Shown: in pieces, positions 24,548 through 37,231 of the stretch | How positions within the stretch are numbered: position 1 is the first letter of the stretch | Layout of the letters: each line of letters opens with the position of its first letter | Assembly: GCA_030324005.1 (NCBI GenBank) | Contig: JARDVH010000031.1 | Coordinates: 40,287,203-40,351,202, forward strand | Origin: Negaprion brevirostris | Taxonomy: Eukaryota | Reading direction: 5' to 3' | DNA: 64,000 nucleotides | Translations under genes and position numbers: made by a program | The notes under the pieces: model-generated | Told to the model about the DNA's origin: nothing | Seen by the model: the letters and a program-made list of their open reading frames with translations, nothing else | The model's database searches: none

Positions 24548-25112
24548 CTGCTTTGGGAGGGTTTCGCTTCACTTTCATCCACTCGAAGGTATTGGCTGTG
24601 CTGAGTTTCTGTGCTGTGGGAGACTCCGACCTATGGTAACCACCCTGACACGTCGACAGGCTCTGATAATGCCCGGGATAAAAGTTTGGGAACTCCTTGC
24701 CAAAGGTTTGATTTTGTTCCGGCTCCCCAAACAGATTGCTGTATTGGTGCTGGCGCGCAGTGAGCGGAAAAGACGCGCTTCCTGAGTAAACAGAGGTGGT
24801 GTATGGGATAAGTTCGCCAGTGTCATCCTGTTCCTGGTTAGCAGCGTAAGGAAAGTCATAACCGACATTGCTCTGAGGTAAGAAGTTAATATCTATGGAT
24901 GCAGAGGAGTCATCGGGAAGTTCGAGGGTGGCAGGTACCGGCTGATGGAGGTGATGATGAGTGGGAGATGGATTACCTACCGATTCATTTGAAACACAGC
25001 GACCTTGTCCGGGGCACTGCTGCAGAGAGACTGCTGGAGAGTTACTGTGACAAAACTTTGGCGAAAAGGTCAGAATGTCTGCACTGGGAATGTATTCTAG
25101 GTAAGAGTTCAT
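24548..25112 (-). CDS. HOXD1: HoxD1 exon 1
   Basis: MNSYLEY N-terminus, TFEWMKVKRNPPK hexapeptide region, phase-1 donor CAG|GTCAGT. Spliced CDS is 921 nt (306 aa). Cluster identity comes from MTX2, miR-10b and D3/D4 residues. Confidence 0.93.
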
Positions 25113-25214
25113 TCTTCCAATGATGGGCTGGAGCAGAATGGGCTGTTTAGCTGTAGCTGATAGCTGTCTATCCCTGATCACCATAGCAGATCCTTCACTT
25201 CCTTCGCAAAGGAC

Positions 25215-25313
25215 GTAAATATTCCTAATATAGAGCAAGGAAGTCACGTGGTTGTGTCCCTCCCATCACTGCAGTCTCAGTCAGCGCTATTGCATGGCGT
25301 CCGGAGCTGTTCG
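25215..25313 (-). promoter_or_regulatory. HoxD1 proximal promoter
   Basis: E-box CACGTG at 25245-25250 and an AT-rich TATA-like TATATTA just downstream on the minus strand; CpG-enriched. Confidence 0.55.
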
Positions 25314-28300
25314 NNNNNNNNNNNNNNNNNNNNNNNNNNNNNNNNNNNNNNNNNNNNNNNNNNNNNNNNNNNNNNNNNNNNNNNNNNNNNNNNNNNNNNN
25401 NNNNNNNNNNNNNTGGCGTCCGGAGCTTTTCGCTCAGCCGCCGAGGGGAGTGGGCGCTGCAATGCTCTCACCATCTATTAACATCACATCATCAGCACAG
25501 TTAGCAGAGGCGTTCGCTAACCTTACTCACACTGCGGACCATCCTCCGAAAGCCCGTCCTAAGGTAAGATATCCCTTTCCGTGCTGCAGAATAAGGAGAG
25601 GTCTGAGCTGTGTGATGGTGGCGCTGACTGTAAAGGCTCACAGTCTGCTGTCAGCAGTCTTGGCGATTCTATGATGCAGTGATCATCGAATGAGGCTACA
25701 AGGTGACTTAAGTGTTTCGTGGCCTTGACGATCGTCACAGCAACAGCAAATCCATAATGGAGAGAGCGCGCGAAAGGATAAAGCAAACGGCTACTTACCT
25801 GATTTCTGAAGTTGAATTCACGGCCCTGCTCCTGTCCCTCCCTCGGTGTAGTGTAGAGTTTATAGAATAACCCAAGTAAACGTCTACTGTACTTACCTTC
25901 TCAGAAGTGCTAATTTCTCCGGAAGTAACATTAACCGACAGAATAATCATGTCCATAAGGAGTTTCACAACGTGAGATGTTTGTGACATTGTTAAAATTT
26001 TGAACTGTTTAGCAAATATGTGAAGTGCGACTGCTTGTCCCGCGTGCAGGTGANNNNNNNNNNAGCTTCCTCGCTCCTCAATCGGCACCCTGTCAATTAT
26101 CATTAATAGCAAAGAACGTTGTAACAGTCCGTAAATGTTTTTAAAGTGATCAACGTTATTAACCTAACTGTATAACTGAAAAGGCTGAAGTCAAAGGTAA
26201 GATATTCTATGTTAACGCCAATGAGTTGTTTCTTTCACTCCCCAGTATTGGCCCTTGCTAATTCTGAATTCGCTTTCTGCCCTGCTCGTTCTGTGCTGTA
26301 GGAAATGTTTAAAGTACGTTAAAAAATGAATTGAAACACAGATCAAATGAAATGTTAGAAAAATAAGTTCCCAAATTGCACAGTCGAACAATTGCAATCG
26401 TTCCGGTAAATCGATAAATCAATTTAAATATTTTGATTTATTTAGTTAATGTGTTACTAAATATTATTTCATCGTGGTATACTTCCGTGATAGCAGCCGA
26501 GTTAGAGTCATTTATCTGTCAAAACACTCACTGGCGAAACTCTAACTCAGTCAGTTGATCTGTTTGAGTAAAGCACGTGAAGACTTGCTCTTTTTAATCG
26601 CCAGGGGCAGTGTGCAGTCTAATTCAAATGAGCAGCTTGTTAGGTGCCGTGTCATTACCTCGTGCATATGTTAAAACATAGCATTAGAGTAGTTTGAAAT
26701 AAATTTATTCAATCATAGAACGGATTGAAAATATATATTCTGTATGTAGCATTCGAAATCTAAAATCTATATCTACAACACAGTATGCCTGTTCTTTCGA
26801 TGTTTGATTATCACTTTCGGCGTTTCTAATCGAAATCCTGCTGCTCCAGTTCGATTTTTAAGTGGGCATCAACCGAGCTCGCACCCTCTCTCTTGTGTTC
26901 CCTTGCAATTGAATCTTGAGTAATAATGTTTGTGTTGCTGCTCTCCTGCTTGAGTCAAAGGTACATCTTATCAAAACCCTTCTCATCCATTTTGCGGTCA
27001 GCATGCTGAATCTGATCGTGAAAAGCCGTGTTATGTATAATGCAGAAGGAAGTGAGTTTGCGGGCTTTGAAAGCATACACTGGGTTTGCAAATGGCTAAA
27101 ATTTCTGCATAGCTAATTCAACACTGCATCCCGCCTTCTCATTTGCATTGCCGTTGTCTTTGGGTGTTTTGCTAACATATCTTTGAAGTTTTACTTTGAA
27201 GGATATATGCAGCTTTATAAGTATAAATCTCTCTTTTCCTAATAAGGTGTTAACAGCAGTATGTGATGAATATATTGGGCATTATTCAAATTAAGTATTT
27301 TAAAAATCCCAATATTTAGGCCTTTTCGTTGTGTTTCTCAAAAGCAGATTTTTTTTAAAAAAAGTGCAGAACTTTGTTTCTAACTACTTAGCGTTTACTT
27401 TTCTCCATTGAAATCGGATGCTGATCATTGGTGGGCGTTTAATTGAGCGCTCGGCTGGAACAGTCATCCACAGCAAGTTCACTTACGTTGCTACCGCACT
27501 CAAAATATAGGTCTGTGCAGGCAGCAAAAAAAATGTGCTCAAAGTTGAGATGGTCATTTCCGAACATGTGCACGCATGAACAAACGTGCTGCAATTCTTA
27601 ATCGGAAAGATCGAATATTTTTTCCAATTATCATCGTTGTTTGCTGACGTGGAATTTATAAATATAAAATCAACTCATTCCGAGTTCCAAAGTTTCTTCT
27701 GAGGTTCACACGTTCCATATTAAAATAATAAAGGAAGTTAATTGGAATGTTGGTTCCTTTTGACAGCTACAGACAATACTTCTTTGCAATCTTGACTAAT
27801 TACTTAAATGAACATAGGCAGTCATGTGAATGCGTGTTTAATTTTCAGCGCACTTAAGTATAGTTTTGTAAAGAGTGAATGGTGACAGACCCACATATTT
27901 ACTTCTCTAAACACTTAACTATTCTTTATAAAAAGCAGTTCGACCAATCTATTTCTGGAGTTCCTCTAGTTGCATCTAGTTGCCGCCAACTCTGCAACTA
28001 GATCAGCTGATTTAGACAGCTTGGCGGCGGGGGTGGGGTGAGGCGACAATAACTGAAGAATGCACTGTCAGTTAGAGACAGGCTTGCAGAAGGTGCGGAT
28101 TCACTGCAGTAGCGTGTGAAAATATTCCCAAATCTGTGTGAGCTTCTGGATTTGAAAGAGACGGCATTTTCCTCATATTCACAATCAAAACTTTTCTGTT
28201 TACTTCGTGTTAGACCGTCACGAGTCTGGAGCAAAAGGGATAGAGACATCCTGGCAATAGGCGACTAATGATTCGGGTCTAGTAAACATCAGGATTATTC

Positions 28301-31300
28301 TGTTACTTGGAATTGCTTTTTGCAATAACCAATTTTATACGCTTCTCTGATTAAACCCTCAATTTTCGCGAGGTTAGTTTTTANNNNNNNNNNNNNNNNN
28401 NNNNNNNNNNNNNNNNNNNNNNNNNNNNNNNNNNNNNNNNNNNNNNNNNNNNNNNNNNNNNNNNNNNNNNNNNNNNNNNNNNNNNNNNNNNNNNNNNNNN
28501 NNNNNNNNNNNNNNNNNNNNNNNNNNNNNNNNNNNNNNNNNNNNNNNNNNNNNNNNNNNNNNNNNNNNNNNNNNNNNNNNNNNNNNNNNNNNNNNNNNNN
28601 NNNNNNNNNNNNNNNNNNNNNNNNATTTGCAAATAAGGCTGCACCTTAAGGCATCAAGTGTGGGTTATATTCCAAGAATGACAGCCATTGCACTAGACCT
28701 ACCGTGGTAGCAACTATATCAGCTCTCCATTAACTGTTCTGTGAATTGACAAGAGGAAATATGGGGTTGTAAATAAAATATAATGTACGGGGTTTTATAC
28801 ATTAGGGATTCCTATGAAAACACATCTATTAGTGACATGTTTTAGAAGGTTAACGTAAGTGACCCAATACCACAAGTGCAGTCATACATGACAATAATTT
28901 AAGCACACATAGCATACTCAGCTGAGCCAAGATTTCTGGTGCCCTTGAAACGTTTTACCCTCTTTAACGAGCAGTAACGAGGGATCGCAGTTAGACGCCA
29001 GATTTCTCGAAGGTTAGTCATACAGGAGGTTTCGTCTGTGGTGTGATTAGACTGGCGTGTGATTCGCTTTTGCATTTGTCCGCTTTGGCAGCGGTTGCTG
29101 GAGGGATCCCAGCTGGCCCGGGCTTGCTTTAAAGGAGGAGGAACTGCTGTCGAGGGAAAAGTGCAGATTTCATGATTGATGAACTCTTAACAATACCCCA
29201 CTGACAGCTATGCATCCAGACAGAGCTGCAAGTCTTTCAGCAGAACTCCTTATGTGTTTGTGCGTTGTTTCAAATTCCAAATTAGCCTTCCTTTTTTTTT
29301 ACAATTGCACGTTTAGAGCCATTATTTTTGCAGAACAAACGGAAATATTAGCTGTAAATATAGCAGACAGTTGCCCAACATAAAAATGAAATATAATGAC
29401 TGATTTTGCCGTCACGTGATCCTTTCCTCACGGGTTCGTGGAGAACTGCTGTTTATTATTGGAAACATGGAAAAACAAAACTCGCCCTATTTTAGGGCGG
29501 GATGCTTCATTTTTTTTTGGAAAACGTACAATGTGTTGTACTGTTAGTGGAAGCATAAACTTCATAATTTATGCAGGGTCAAAATGTCACTTGTTACTGC
29601 GATTGAGTTTTGCTGGCATGAGCTCACGATAGTGGAACCATCACACAACACATGCATGAAGGAAAAACTAAATGAGCTTATAACTAATTAGACCGGCCTT
29701 AGTATGTAGAGGGAACACTGTATGAAGTCCAACTACTATAGATATGTCTACAGAAAAGTTTTCATCCCATCCTAAAGTGAAATTCGGAATTACTTGCAGA
29801 GGTTTAGCAATTTGACCTGCACTCATAGTTCTAAAGGTACATAATGAACGAATATTCGGAACTAACTGCATTTACTACCTTCTTATAAATGTCAGAATCT
29901 AATCACCACATTCCCTTTGGAACTTTAATATAATGACAGTTGATACTACAATTTGAAAACGACCTACCATTGATCATTAAACGCATGGCCGTGTCTCACT
30001 TGAATAAAGCAGACATTTTAGTTTAGAATGTGCACACTTTTTTCTGGAAATTAAATACACGAAAGTAAGAATGTCAAAAAATTAAATATTTATTGGACAT
30101 TACAAATGTGGACGGTGGGCGTTTAGAAGCACATCCTCCTTGTCTGAGACAGCCTACCTGGTTTGTTAATAAACATTGCGTGGGTTGGTTCAGGATTCAG
30201 AAGCGGCTTATTTTTCTAAGTAGTGCGCTATTCTTTGCCCTACTGACGCTGCAGGAAGACTTTTGGAAAGCACGTGTGTTCCCCCTTCTGAAACAGAAAG
30301 ATAAATTGCCCCTTGCCTTCGAAGTAACTGGTGAATTTCTAGCTTAGATTGTGATGCATGTTGTTTCTCCTCAATAGCATGCTCAATAGATTTAATCGCT
30401 GAAGTTGATAGATACTACGAGTATATGTTTTTAAAAATACAGAAACTTTTAGATTAAATTTCTGGCAATTGTTCAACAGGACAGATCTTATTCAGCAGTT
30501 ACTTACTACATGGGACTATATCCCCTTGCGACATTAATTCTTTACTCATTCAGATTGTTTTGGGTGGAGAAATGCTTGTTATTTTTAAATATCAATATGA
30601 CTCCCACCAGCATCAATGCTGTACATGTTTTAAATATATTTAGGCAAGTTGGATGTGCGTTATTTGACGGAGAATTTTACACAGACATCCTACCTAAAGG
30701 TAATGGAGTAGTGTTGGGTCTTAACCATATTCGTTTTTAAAGCCACAAAATGGTGATAAACTATTGTGAACCTCTGAGCGAAATCCGAAGGGGAATGAAA
30801 TCCTAAACAACATGTTTCAATCGACTATCATTTCTTTATCTTCTACAATTTCTGATTTGGTTATGATATTGCATCTTCCTGGTTGGAATGCTAGAAGTTC
30901 AGTGTCGAGATCTTGTCTATTCCGCCTCTCCTAAATAGGATATCAATGCATTGATTTATTCAGCTCCCACATTTGGTCCCGTCGAACAAAATGGCGTCTT
31001 TCATAGGTTGAAACCCCAGCCGGACTATGGCAGCCATCGGTAGCTTATTGTTAGCATCGGTTTTTTTTGTAATTCTGTAGTAACTGAGTTTGTGAATAAA
31101 TATCAGCCCAGTTAGCTTCCCTTTCGGTTTTCATAGCAGCTCAATAAATATGTGAAGTGACCTTAGTATTTAAATTTGAATTGGGGTCCATGCTGTGACT
31201 TGAGGGATCTAACTCAACAGAACTATATTTTCTTAAAGCATTAAACATTTTAAGGGAGAAACCACGGAAAATTGTCCATAGCCTATTAGCAATGTATTTT

Positions 31301-31874
31301 CCATAGAAACCAATATTTCGCCTACAAATAACTACATTTTAAACATAAGCAATTGGTTTTATTCAGTCACAGCACTGTTATTTCTTACCTCGTTTGGTTG
31401 CTGATTACATTTTTGTCTTATTTTCTAGGATTATCGCTGATTGGAACTTTGGACTAAGGCAGTTCGACTATTAAACTGAGAGAAATCAGCAGTGTCGGGA
31501 TAGACATATTCACCTCCAATATATTCTATTCACCTCTTGCATATTTTCATGTTAATACTTTTTTATTCAAAGCTATTATATAAATTGTATTTTAAAGATA
31601 TGTATTTAGTTTTTGAAAATCTGCAGATATTTGAAATATTCACCTTATTTAAAATAAAATACTGAAAATACTTTTATTTCTTGCGCTACATTAAATTTGT
31701 TCAGAATTTGTTTCCTTTGATTGGTGACATAATGCAGACATGAGCAGGAGATCCATAACATCTGGGATCAAGAAGCATGTGCTAAATGGCACGACCTTCC
31801 AGCCTGTTAATGCGGGTATTAGAAATATTAAGGAAATGAAGAATTCGGTATGTGTGCGTGAACTGGAAGTCGGT

Positions 31875-32623
31875 CTAAAACTGCAACTGCTGAAAATCGG
31901 TGGAGCTAAAATTGTCACTTAGAAAGTCAAACACGTTGGATGGAATAACTAATGTGTCCTCGTTTTCCAACAAAGAAAATTGAGGTAATTCTTCTATCAG
32001 ATCTAGATGTGGTTCGATTGTAATTTTGTCTAAATCCTCCAAAGATGGGATGCTGAAACTCTCTGGACTGCCAGGACTTGTTCCAGCTGAGCAGTTTTTC
32101 AGCATAGGCATCAGGGAGTCAGTTTCATCTGAGTTCTGGGGAAAGTAGTGGCTGCGAGTCCCCTCAGTGCAGATCAGAGAAGTGCCAATAACACTGAACA
32201 GGTCGCTGCTGATATCACTCAACACATCTTGATGAGCGGAATCGCTCATCTCTCGCTCAGCAATCTTTTCGCTGTCTAGCGAATCCAAAGTTTTATTTAC
32301 AGGTGTCTCAGCAAAACTTCTTGTGGAAATTCCACTCTGATTAGCGCTGTTAACAAATTGGCGCTTTGAATCAGCGTTTTGGCTTTGTTTGAATCGAGTC
32401 TGTCTTTTGTGCTTCATGCGCCTGTTCTGAAACCAGACTTTGACTTGCCTTTCTGTTAAATCGAGCAGAGCCGCGATTTCTACCCTCCGAGGTCTGCAGA
32501 GGTAACGATTGTAATGAAACTCCTTTTCCAGCTCCAACAGCTGAGTGTTTGTGTAAGTAGTTCGTAGTCTCCTGGAGCTGTCGAAAGGACTCCCGTTGTC
32601 CGGTTCATTAAGCTCTTCATTCT
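31875..32623 (-). CDS. HOXD2: HoxD2 exon 2 (homeodomain)
   Basis: Acceptor CCCTCTTTACAACAG|AG. Encodes [60 protein letters not shown] (PG2) and a PG2-type C-terminus [17 protein letters not shown]. Confidence 0.93.
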
Positions 32624-33012
32624 CTGTTGTAAAGAGGGAAAAGTTTGGATAAGTTATCACAAATCTTTCCAAATATAATCCAGCAACATAAAATGGCCGC
32701 CTCCGAGACACAAAAGGCTTCCAGCAGAAAATGGCCCAGCAGAGCAACAGAAAGATAATCCAGCTGCCTGCGGTTGGGTTGTGTGCAGGTTACTGATACC
32801 TACAGATTACGAGGAGTGTCCTAGACTTTAGTAGCCACTATTTACATTTTGGATATTGTTGGGATGTGAGCATTTTGCAGGTCTGACAGCTTTCAATCTA
32901 TGGAACATGTTGTTACTTCAAAATTGAATCCCTTAAGAAAATACTCTCTGTACACCGTATATGACACACGCACAAAAAAACTAATAGTAAAGGAAAATAC
33001 TATTGACCTGAC

Positions 33013-33358
33013 CTTCGTTAGAAGAACAAGATGAGAATGATCCCGTCGCTGGCACATTTTTTTTCTTGTGGCTTTTCTTTTCTTTCATCCACGGATATTC
33101 CAGAGGTTTATCCCCTAACGTGGCCCGACCAATGCCTTTTGAAGTGTGGGTTTTCCCATTTTGGTTTGTGTTACCATGGTCCAAGCTGCCGAAGCCCTGC
33201 TCAAAAGGAGGAGGAATCAGTGTCGAATGTGAAAGCGTCGAGTTCTTGATTGATGAACTTTGAAATGTCTCGCCAACAGGAGGAAAGGATGTCAGGCACT
33301 CGGCAAGCGATGGCTCACTATTGATAAAACCAACCTCTCTCTCAAACTCGTTGTTCAT
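33013..33358 (-). CDS. HOXD2: HoxD2 exon 1
   Basis: [30 protein letters not shown]2 N-terminus, EYPWMKEKK hexapeptide, phase-1 donor AAG|GTCAGG. Spliced CDS is 1095 nt (364 aa), in frame. Confidence 0.93.
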
Positions 33359-33419
33359 TTCTGCCCGGGCAGAATCGTTTAGAAAATTGCCTATTTGATA
33401 GTTACCTTGAAAATATATA

Positions 33420-33550
33420 TTTATAAAATGTACTGATTACAAACGCTAAGGGACTGTGCTATTATTAAACTATGTCTATTGAATACACAGACACGACGTT
33501 GAGATGAGGCTGATTTTATCGTCACATGATCGCCTTAACCAATGACAAGA
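33420..33550 (-). promoter_or_regulatory. HoxD2 promoter / 5'UTR with PG2-conserved motifs
   Basis: Minus strand TGTCATTGGTTAAGGCGATCATGTGAC (CCAAT + E-box), then TAGTTTAATAATAGCACAGTCCC...TGTAATCAGT, which resembles the Hoxa2 leader as I recall it. Confidence 0.65.
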
Positions 33551-36482
33551 GTGGAAAATGAGACTGGCTTTCTGAATGATTCTGAAATAAAATATATGAA
33601 GGTGTAGGTAGCGTTTTCCTGCCTTCTCCAGGCCATGTTATTATGTAAGGCAGTGCAGTCATTCCTAGAAAGTAGAAAATGTACAGTAAGTACTATTACA
33701 AAACATCCTGCATATCATAGTGGGTGGTTGTTTTGCTGAGAAGAAAAGAACACTCAAGTCTAGGTTTCTGCCTACAAATGTGTAGCGTGGAGTAATAAGC
33801 GACAAATCAATTAATCTTCGGAACTGTGACAATCATCGCAAGGCTCTTCAGTGTAGAAGAATGAACACAAGCTGTGGCTAAAGCAGCACCCTGGACAGTA
33901 GGAGCTGGCGGTGAGGCCCAATGCCAAATAGGACAGGATCATTTGCAGGCACTTACTGCATTTCACCAGGAATATAAACAGATACTGTAAACACTTTCAA
34001 CCCTCGCCCTCCTAAGGCTACCAGAAATAGTTTGAAAATGTACAATTTATTCGATATCTTTACACTCTGAACAAGTATAATCTAACTTTCTCCAAATGGA
34101 TTAACACGCCCTGCTTACAAATGATTCTTTGTTCATATGTTGTTTGTTGACCCCATAAGCCAATTACTTAAATATTTCTGAAGGAACGTTTCGCGGATTT
34201 TCCTTGATTGCAGATTTGTGAGTTATGAACTTTATACACTGCATAGCAGCGTTTGGAAGCCATTTGACATTTAAACCACGAAGGCTGCACTCTCTATAAT
34301 CTGTTATTGCCAAATTAGCTATCACAATATTTGCTAATATTTCTTCTGCTCACATATATACAAAAATACTTGAGAATAAAAAAAGGGTCAAAACGAGTCG
34401 TTGCATTACTTTTTTAAAAATCTCCTTAGCTGGTGCTTGGTTTCTATCAAATTGTTGCGTGAGTGGGTGCTTTTTCTCCTCCTGTCTGCATGGAAAGACA
34501 ATATTTTGCATTCTTTGACGTGTGGGTGGTGTACTAACAAAACAAGGCTGAGGATGTCTTTACGGCGTTGGCGTTAATAATGGGCACGTTTAAAATGACA
34601 CGCCGAGGAGCTGTGTGTAGTGCATAAGAACTATATTGCATTCATATTTAACACATCCTTATCCTCAGATATTTTAAGATAAAGTAAAGCAAAGAAGTTT
34701 GCTCCGAAGGAGAACATTTTAAGTGCTGCACAACTTCTAAAATCATCCACATAAGGTTTGTTAGATGGTTGTCTTCATCACACTGTTGGTGTTTTCAGAT
34801 GTTCACATCCCATTTTCTTTTTTTTCATTTAAAATAAAGACATTATTTTTCGACGGACGGTGATATCTTTGTTGCCAGAAGGCTTTGATCGCTCTTGCTT
34901 TATTTGTCAAACAAAATGGCGCCGCATGTGTCGGTGCTGCGGGCTGCTGCTGTGGAGAGGCAGCAGCGAGTGTCTGGGATCAGCTTCCATTCTCCCAGGC
35001 ACCTAATACTGGGGCATCCCGAACACCGTTTGCTGCATAATAATATTGACGCCTTCCTAAGATAACGGTAATAGATTGAGGCTCTTTTAAATATATTCCT
35101 ATATTTTTCAGATAACATCTGTGGAAATCTTTACTAAATCCCTTTATTTGGATTGATTTGCTCTCTGTATATTTTGAAAAATCAAGCGGCTAACTTTTTC
35201 CTGAAATATGCATTAATAAAATTGTGACATAGGCCAGGGCTGCAAAGTGTTTAAGAAAATCAAAGCAAGTAGTAACTACCAAGTTTAGGTAAAGTAACGA
35301 AAACGTCTATGCTTGAATTTTATTTTTGTCTTGCTTTATTTATCTTATGCTATCTGGCCTCATTCCTTCTCGACCTAACCCCCACCCCCTCTTTCCCTTT
35401 GTTTCCTTCTTGTTATTTTGCGTGCCTGCCAGACACTTTAAAATTTCACGTGTTATTGCTGAACAAAATACAAAATCGTGGCAATGATTTTTCATGTTAA
35501 TTTAGAATTCCATTGAAACATGCAACATATCGTTTTGCAAATGCCCAGTTTAACCCGAAAGCAGCTCGGCTGAACATCTCCACTGTATGGCTGCAGTCAG
35601 CTTGTCTTGCATTAATGAGAAGTGAGGAAGCAAGATGGCGAAGCATAAAACCGATATGCTGCATATGTATTTATAAATAAAGGCTACAGGTTTGTTCAAA
35701 GAACACATTTTTATTCTAAATATCTGTTGGAATAGTACCAGACAATTGAAATAAAGTATTCTTATAGAAATGTGTCGTCTATTGTGTAGTGTCACATTTT
35801 CTCCGATTTACTACAGTCATAACTTACAATTTGCTTTCAGAAATAACCCTTACATAATCTACAAACACCAGCCACTGATACAACTGCTCAAAAACTATCC
35901 TCTCATCTAGTTTAAACCCAGGTTTACTAAAGAGGAAAATATGATTGTAACAGACATGGTTCAAACAGGTTAAAGTCAGGTTGTAGAAGATCTATAAATC
36001 TCACATAAATACATTAAGACGAGGATAAATAAGTGATAGAAAAATCTTTTTTCTTTTCGACTTAAAATAATAAATACATATCGTTGATGTTCAATTCAGT
36101 TCGTTCATTATTGAAAAGTACAGAGCTGAAGTTCTGGGCAGTAAGACCAGTTACGGACAGAATCCCAACAAAGTAGAGTGTGTAGAATCTCTGGTCTCTA
36201 AATTCCACATTAAGAAGGGTTTGCTGAAAACTGGCCACATGTGTCTTACCTTCCAAAGCACCTATCTCAAGCAATTGTTCCTCTATTTGCATTCTGCGTT
36301 ACGCTAGGATCTTACGGAAAGGGCTGATTTGAAGACCCTTAAATGAACACAGAAAAGCAATGCAACAGGTAGAAAATGAATGGTGGACAAATACTGCGGC
36401 AGTCTCATAGCAGGAGAATATTTGATACAAATGAGGTAATATAAAAGCGATGTGATATCGCTTGGCAAGCCGTGCTAGTCCG

Positions 36483-37231
36483 TTACAGATGTGTTAATTT
36501 GGGCGCTTCTTGAATTCTTCCCTGAGATGTGTGATGAGGAGTCAGGTCTGTATATGTAGGATGGGGATCACAAGGTCCATGATGGTGATTGCCTGGTATT
36601 TGAGCAGCGCAGCTATAGTCCACAGTGGCTGATGAAGGATGAGGAAGATGACTAAGGTTAAACATCGGACCAGAAGCTGGCATTGAATCAACAAAGTTCC
36701 CTCCAACATACACAGGGCTGCCTTGCAAGTTGTGATTGGTAAAACTACCATTGCCCTGCATAGTGTGATGGTCGTACTCTGTGCCTGGGTACCTTTTCTG
36801 CTGGGGTAGACAGCTGTTATGTGGTGCAGTGTAAGCAGCTAAGCCGTACATACTTTGCTGGGATTTTGTGTAAGATGTTGGTGAAGGAGCCTCGTAACTC
36901 AGACTGTTGACAGTGGGGAGCTGGCTTGAGAATCCAATGTTACTTGGCGCGGTCAAAAGCGGACTTCTGTCTGGAGAATGTCCAACAGGGGAGTGCATGA
37001 TCCCTTTGGACTTTTGATCCTTTTTATATTTCATTCTTCTGTTCTGGAACCAGATCTTTATCTGGCGTTCGGTTAGGTTTAATAAATTGGCCATCTCAAC
37101 TCGCCGAGGTCGGCACAAATAACGATTAAAGTGAAATTCCTTTTCCAGTTCGACCAGCTGTGCGCTGGTGTAGGCTGTACGGACTCTCTTGGAAGATGGA
37201 CCGGGTGGGCTTTTATCCTCACAGTTGTCAC
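36483..37231 (-). CDS. HOXD3: HoxD3 last exon (homeodomain)
   Basis: Acceptor TTTTATTTTGCAG|GT. Encodes [73 protein letters not shown]; KRVR is the D3-type arm. C-terminus [13 protein letters not shown]. Confidence 0.96.

Noticed and set aside
25295-25432. 19-bp near-identical repeat (18/19) either side of a 100-N gap at the HoxD1 promoter
   Set aside because: Most likely a contig overlap with a heterozygous SNP or sequencing error, not a real duplication.
26597-26613. CTCF-like CGCCAGGGGCAG
   Set aside because: One base short in the core G-run; no convincing CTCF site was identified by eye in the window.
31875-37231. HoxD2 and HoxD3 last coding exons are both 749 nt
   Set aside because: Sequences are unrelated outside the homeobox; coincidence under the shared phase-1 constraint.
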